From: an uncultured Candidatus Sumerlaeota bacterium | GTDB taxonomy: Bacteria; CAYMEV01 | Reading direction: 5' to 3' | Assembly: GCA_964389675.1 (NCBI GenBank) | Contig: CAYMEV010000003.1 | Coordinates: 191,109-223,998 of the forward strand | Length of the DNA: 32,890 bases | Shown: positions 29,174 through 32,890 of the stretch, piece by piece | Position numbering within the stretch: the first letter of the stretch is position 1 | Layout: each line of letters starts with the position of its first letter | The notes under the pieces: generated by a model | What the model was told of the DNA's origin: nothing | What the model saw: the letters and a program-made list of their open reading frames with translations, nothing else | The model's database searches: none | Position numbers and translations under genes: made by a program

Positions 29174-29557
29174 ATGATAAGACTATTAGATAATGATTTT
29201 GAGATAATTAAAAAGAATAAATATTTTAGAGTAATGCTTTTTTTTGCTTTTCTTGGCCTAATGTGCAATAATGCTAATGCTCTAATCCTTGCCCCAGGTT
29301 ATGATAATTTGTCATTACCAGAGATCGTTTATCTATCTGATTCAATAATACATGGCAAAGTTAAATCAAAGTGGTTTGATCCTCCCAATATCAATCATGT
29401 CCGCACTTTTTATGAAATTGAATTATTAGAAGTTATCTATAATAGCTCAGAAAGCACCTATATTATGAATAATCATAGCAATGTGGTTATTGAATTTTTT
29501 GGAGGCTTCACTGAAGAATACAAGATCTATATTCCAGGTGATCAGCGACAACTATAA
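29174..29557 (+). CDS. Small exported hypothetical protein, possibly 3'-truncated
   Basis: GGAGG RBS; signal-like segment ending ANA; LSLPEIVYLSDSIIHGKV..TFYEIELLEVI..FGG pattern; very AT-rich. Confidence 0.55.
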   Translation: MIRLLDNDFEIIKKNKYFRVMLFFAFLGLMCNNANALILAPGYDNLSLPEIVYLSDSIIHGKVKSKWFDPPNINHVRTFYEIELLEVIYNSSESTYIMNNHSNVVIEFFGGFTEEYKIYIPGDQRQL

Positions 29558-29689
29558 ATGAACACCGTATTGCCTCTTTCAAAAATGTTACCATAAAGAA
29601 TAAATTTTTCATAGCAATTTTGATATTAATCGCTCTTTTTAAGCATTAAAGATCAGACAAGAGTAAACTGTGTTTTTTGGCATTATATA

Positions 29690-30087
29690 TCTTAAGGCTT
29701 TAATGCGTCTTTGGAGAGTCTTCAGATGGCCATCTGAGAATTGTCCCGGATGTTCTTGCTGTAGTTTATTAAACAATAATTTAGCTGTAGCATCCGGATC
29801 TGCCTGAAGCAATTCGCACAAATCAGGCCAGCTGTGTTCAAAAGGGTCCTGTCGCGTTCTCCAATAACGCAGATTAGCAGCTCTGCAATGTGTTGGCTGA
29901 ACTTCCCCTTCTTTCCATAAGTAAGGGAGCTGCGATAGAAAGATCCTAAGACTTCGATTTTCAAATGGCCTGGCTGGATTACCTGATGAAGCCAGGGAGC
30001 ATAATGCTGACTGATCATTACGTATCTGGTTCAGTGAGGCTAAAGGATCAATTCTCTTTCGTTGAGCTCGGAGCTTTTCTTGAATGA
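29690..30087 (-). pseudogene. C-terminal fragment of an ISNCY-like (integrase-core) transposase
   Basis: One open frame extends upstream of the listed 60-aa ORF: QEKLRAQRKRIDPLASLNQIR..FLSQLPYLWKEGEVQPTH..WRTRQDPFEHSWP..ADPDATAKLLF..PGQFSDGHLKTLQRRIK; no start, no catalytic domain. Confidence 0.75.
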
Positions 30088-30268
30088 TGCAAATGGTAAA
30101 CTAAAATACACCAATAGTGGAAAATAGAAATGCACCTTTTGGAAATATCAGTTCTACATTATAATATGGATTATATTCAATGCAATAATGGAAGGACTGA
30201 AAAATGGTCAAAAAAAATATGTACAAGAAGATAAAGCATTTTAAAAAGCAAGGGTTTGCCAAAGCAGA
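30088..30268 (+). mobile_element. Left end of an IS21-like element: terminal repeat plus the first ~22 codons of istA
   Basis: Begins TGCAAATGG; sub-terminal repeats GGTAAACTAAAATACACC (30095) and GGAAAATAGAAATGCACC (30119); GGAAGGA RBS then MVKKNMYKKIKHFKKQGFAKAEI from 30204 (start of an HTH). Confidence 0.65.
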
Positions 30269-30604
30269 GATCATTGCCATGGAGAAGCGTTTGGCTGGCA
30301 TGTAGCTAAAGAAGGTACCAGGTTTGCAGCTTTAGAACCTATAATGCAGGCAATAGAGAAATACTGGCATGGTGCCCGGGCTAATTGCGCCAGAGGCCTT
30401 CAGTTAAGAATGGATAATGGATACCAGTATACATCAGATCAAATACTGGGGAATTGCTCCCAGCTTTGGGTACCCGAGAGAACCAGAGACCAATGGAGTT
30501 GTAGAATGTTTCAACAGAACATTGAAAGAAAAGATAATATATGGCAGGACTTATAGCAATGTAAAGGACCTATCCGAAGAATTAAAATGCATTTTTATAG
30601 GATA
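30269..30604 (+). pseudogene. Frameshifted internal fragment of an IS3-like DDE (rve) transposase
   Basis: DHCHGEAFGWHVAKEGTRFAALEPIMQAI..ARGLQLRMDNGYQYTSD, frame change near 30440, then WGIAPSFGYPREPETNGVVECFNRTLKE. Confidence 0.8.
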
Positions 30605-30814
30605 AGGATACTGCAGTATTATTTCTGAAAGAACTTGTTCAAGAATCCTTTTGATCCCTTTTCCTTAAGGATAATTTCTGCCAGTTCCCTTGTCCTCTGA
30701 TTTTGAGGAAGCCTCTTGATCATCTCAAGGGCTTTGCGCTTATTGCCTGTCTTGCACAGGTAAAGGCTGTAATCTGCAACAATATCAGGATTATTCGGAT
30801 CTTTTCCGAGAGCT
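30605..30814 (+). repeat. 210-bp perfect direct repeat, right copy
   Basis: Identical to 25935-26144; forms the 3' end of the intact pseudokinase gene. Confidence 0.97.
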
Positions 30815-32799
30815 TTCTCAAAATATCTTTTTGCATTTTCAAATTCTTCGGGGATCCTCTCAAGGATCTTTGCCTTCCATAGCAGGAGTACGGGGTTTCC
30901 CGGAGCGATCTTCAGCGCTTCGGTTATGGATTCATCAGCCTTGCTGAACAGTATATTGCCATAGTAATCCTTAGCTTCCTGAAGAAGAGTGGCTGCTATT
31001 ACGGTCTTCTGCTCTTTGGTCATATTGCTTCCCTGCAGAGGGTCCTGCCTTTTATCTGATGAAGCCTGCTGATAGGAGGAATCACTTATGTTTTCAACCT
31101 GAACCTCAGGATTTTCATGAAGTTCTTCTGAGGCCTGCTCTTCACTGGGCTTGATATAATGAACGGTCGGCCTGATTATCTTTACCTCAGGTGAGTCTTT
31201 TTTCTCGACCCTGTTTCTCAGCGAACCGGGAACTGCCGGCTTACTTAAAGATGGCTCTGCATGGTTGGCTGTTATAGGTTCTTTACTATCAGGAGCCTGC
31301 AGTGAGAGCAACCCCTTAAACAGGAATTCCAGGACAGATTTTTGAACCTTTTCTCTATTATCCGGATAAATTTCATTAAGATCGCTTAAGCTGTCTTCCT
31401 GCGACATGCTGGCTATTAATCCCTTTTCAAAATCATCCGGTATAAAGCCCTCATTCATATTATCCAGGCCTGTCAGCTTAAGGCGGTATTCAGCAATGGA
31501 TCCGGAGTATAACTGATAATTGTCGATAATGGACCCCTTATGCTTCTCAAAGATTGATTTCATGACAGATGCAACTGGTATTCCATCAATATCAGGCAGG
31601 CCAGTGCTTTTCTCAACTGGCACTTCAGTGAATGTGTTCGGCATGTGTATTATTTCATTTACAATTATTTCTGAAAGCCATTTTTTGTAGTTATTCTGGA
31701 TCTCGTCCGGTTTTGTGAAATCTATGGTATTTATATGATTCAGAAGCTCCAGCTTATTATTGATATAAGGGAACAGCTCATCTATCATCGTGTTCGGGAA
31801 TACACCCCTCTTTACCAGGTAATACAGAAATGAGTCGTTTATGTGATTATATTCAATGTGCCTGATCTTGCCGTCATAGATTATGACCTCAGAGAAATTC
31901 TCGCCATCCGGGATCTTAATGGATATGTTCCTTTTTAATGTCCCTGCCATAAGCATCTCATGAATGATCGTATGGTTTATATGATCCTTTATCCTGCTTT
32001 TTGCTTCCGGGCTTATGGATTTGCGAGGCCTGTAGCTTTCAAGCATCAGCTTCAGTTCCTTTACTGACTGGGGGCGTGAATCCCTGTCAGGGGAGATTAT
32101 ATTATGTATAAGATCCCCATATGACATATCATCCCTGAAGGAGCCCCATATATGATTCTTTATAATTTGATCTTTTTCTTCATTAAAGTATGGAGGGGAC
32201 TTTGTCAGGGCATAATACAGCAGGCATCCTATTGAATATATGTCTGAAAGGATGTCAAGGGCAGATTCCTTAATGAAATATTCAGGAGGCATAAAGCAAA
32301 GGTCAAAATTATCAAGATCTGAGTATTTTGACATATCCGGGTATCTTATTTTATTTATGAATGCATCCAGAATATGGACCTTTCTATCAGCATCTATTAT
32401 AATATTATCCGGTTTCAGGGAATGGTGGCACAGGCTCATTTTCTCAAGCATATGGATCTGATCGGAAATTGCAATTCCTATCTCTATTATTTCCTCGTCT
32501 GACACTCTGCCCTCTTCAACAATGTTTTTTAATGTATCGCCCTCGATAAATTCCCTGATAAAGAATTTACGCCTGTTTTTATCATTTATCTGGTATTTTA
32601 TTATTTTTGAAAAACCTTCAAGGCCGTTGACAGGGTCCACTATTATAAAATCATCAAGGATCTGGGCTAAAACCGTTATGTCAATGCTTTCATGAAATAT
32701 CTTAAGTACAGCCTTATTATCATTATTATCGATCAGGAACGATGAATAAAGCCTGTTTGATGCAAGCTTTTTTTCCTTTTTAATGTTAATATTATCCAT
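30619..32799 (-). CDS. Hanks-type Ser/Thr kinase-like (probable pseudokinase) + DUF4388-like region + linker + TPR protein
   Basis: AVLK, REFIEGDTL, HHSLKPDNI, ILDAF, FMPPE, SDIYSIGCLLY, DRDSRP; C-terminal TPRs (ALKIAPGN, AKRYFEKALGKDPNN). Confidence 0.8.
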   Translation of the reverse strand: MDNINIKKEKKLASNRLYSSFLIDNNDNKAVLKIFHESIDITVLAQILDDFIIVDPVNGLEGFSKIIKYQINDKNRRKFFIREFIEGDTLKNIVEEGRVSDEEIIEIGIAISDQIHMLEKMSLCHHSLKPDNIIIDADRKVHILDAFINKIRYPDMSKYSDLDNFDLCFMPPEYFIKESALDILSDIYSIGCLLYYALTKSPPYFNEEKDQIIKNHIWGSFRDDMSYGDLIHNIISPDRDSRPQSVKELKLMLESYRPRKSISPEAKSRIKDHINHTIIHEMLMAGTLKRNISIKIPDGENFSEVIIYDGKIRHIEYNHINDSFLYYLVKRGVFPNTMIDELFPYINNKLELLNHINTIDFTKPDEIQNNYKKWLSEIIVNEIIHMPNTFTEVPVEKSTGLPDIDGIPVASVMKSIFEKHKGSIIDNYQLYSGSIAEYRLKLTGLDNMNEGFIPDDFEKGLIASMSQEDSLSDLNEIYPDNREKVQKSVLEFLFKGLLSLQAPDSKEPITANHAEPSLSKPAVPGSLRNRVEKKDSPEVKIIRPTVHYIKPSEEQASEELHENPEVQVENISDSSYQQASSDKRQDPLQGSNMTKEQKTVIAATLLQEAKDYYGNILFSKADESITEALKIAPGNPVLLLWKAKILERIPEEFENAKRYFEKALGKDPNNPDIVADYSLYLCKTGNKRKALEMIKRLPQNQRTRELAEIILKEKGSKGFLNKFFQK

Positions 32800-32890
32800 A
32801 GATCAGTCCTAACCTCAGAGAACTCCTTTTATTTGTACCTAAAAATCTCTTATAGCAAAGATATTTTTCAATATTAGGACACATGACACC

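Larger units (their letters stand above)
26145..30604. mobile_element. 4.46-kb islet flanked by 210-bp direct repeats; no intact recombinase or transposase
   Basis: Direct-repeat boundaries, accessory content, three IS fragments, heterogeneous base composition. Confidence 0.75.

Noticed and set aside
32800-32890. 3' end of an upstream minus-strand gene
   Set aside because: Two frames are plausible but the stretch is too short to support a call

Overview
A mostly housekeeping, AT-rich chromosomal segment from a diderm bacterium (it encodes an Omp85 protein, an outer-membrane beta-barrel and a lipoprotein). Recognisable core genes are lepA (3' part)-hemW, a flavin reductase, a MATE transporter, a divergent PilC/GspF-like gene, tRNA-Ser(TGA)/tRNA-Ser(GCT)/tRNA-Arg(ACG) running into tadA, carD-ispD-ispF, a TsaP-like LysM protein, rsmD-coaD, a REC+DUF4388 protein paired with an MglB-less MglA GTPase carrying a long tail, a lipase, purM-purN, mscS, trpS, xerC-hslV-hslU-FN3 lipoprotein-nitrilase, a 7-POTRA Omp85, cysC, a TraF/FadL-like barrel and a pseudokinase-DUF4388-TPR gene. 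The clearest anomaly is a 4.46-kb integrase-free insert (26145-30604) bracketed by a perfect 210-bp direct repeat of the pseudokinase gene's 3' end. It carries a 14-blade beta-propeller gene, a second copy of that gene's last 117 bp placed upstream of its promoter, and three abutting IS remnants (ISNCY-like, IS21-like, IS3-like). All family assignments come from motif recognition by eye; no searches were run.
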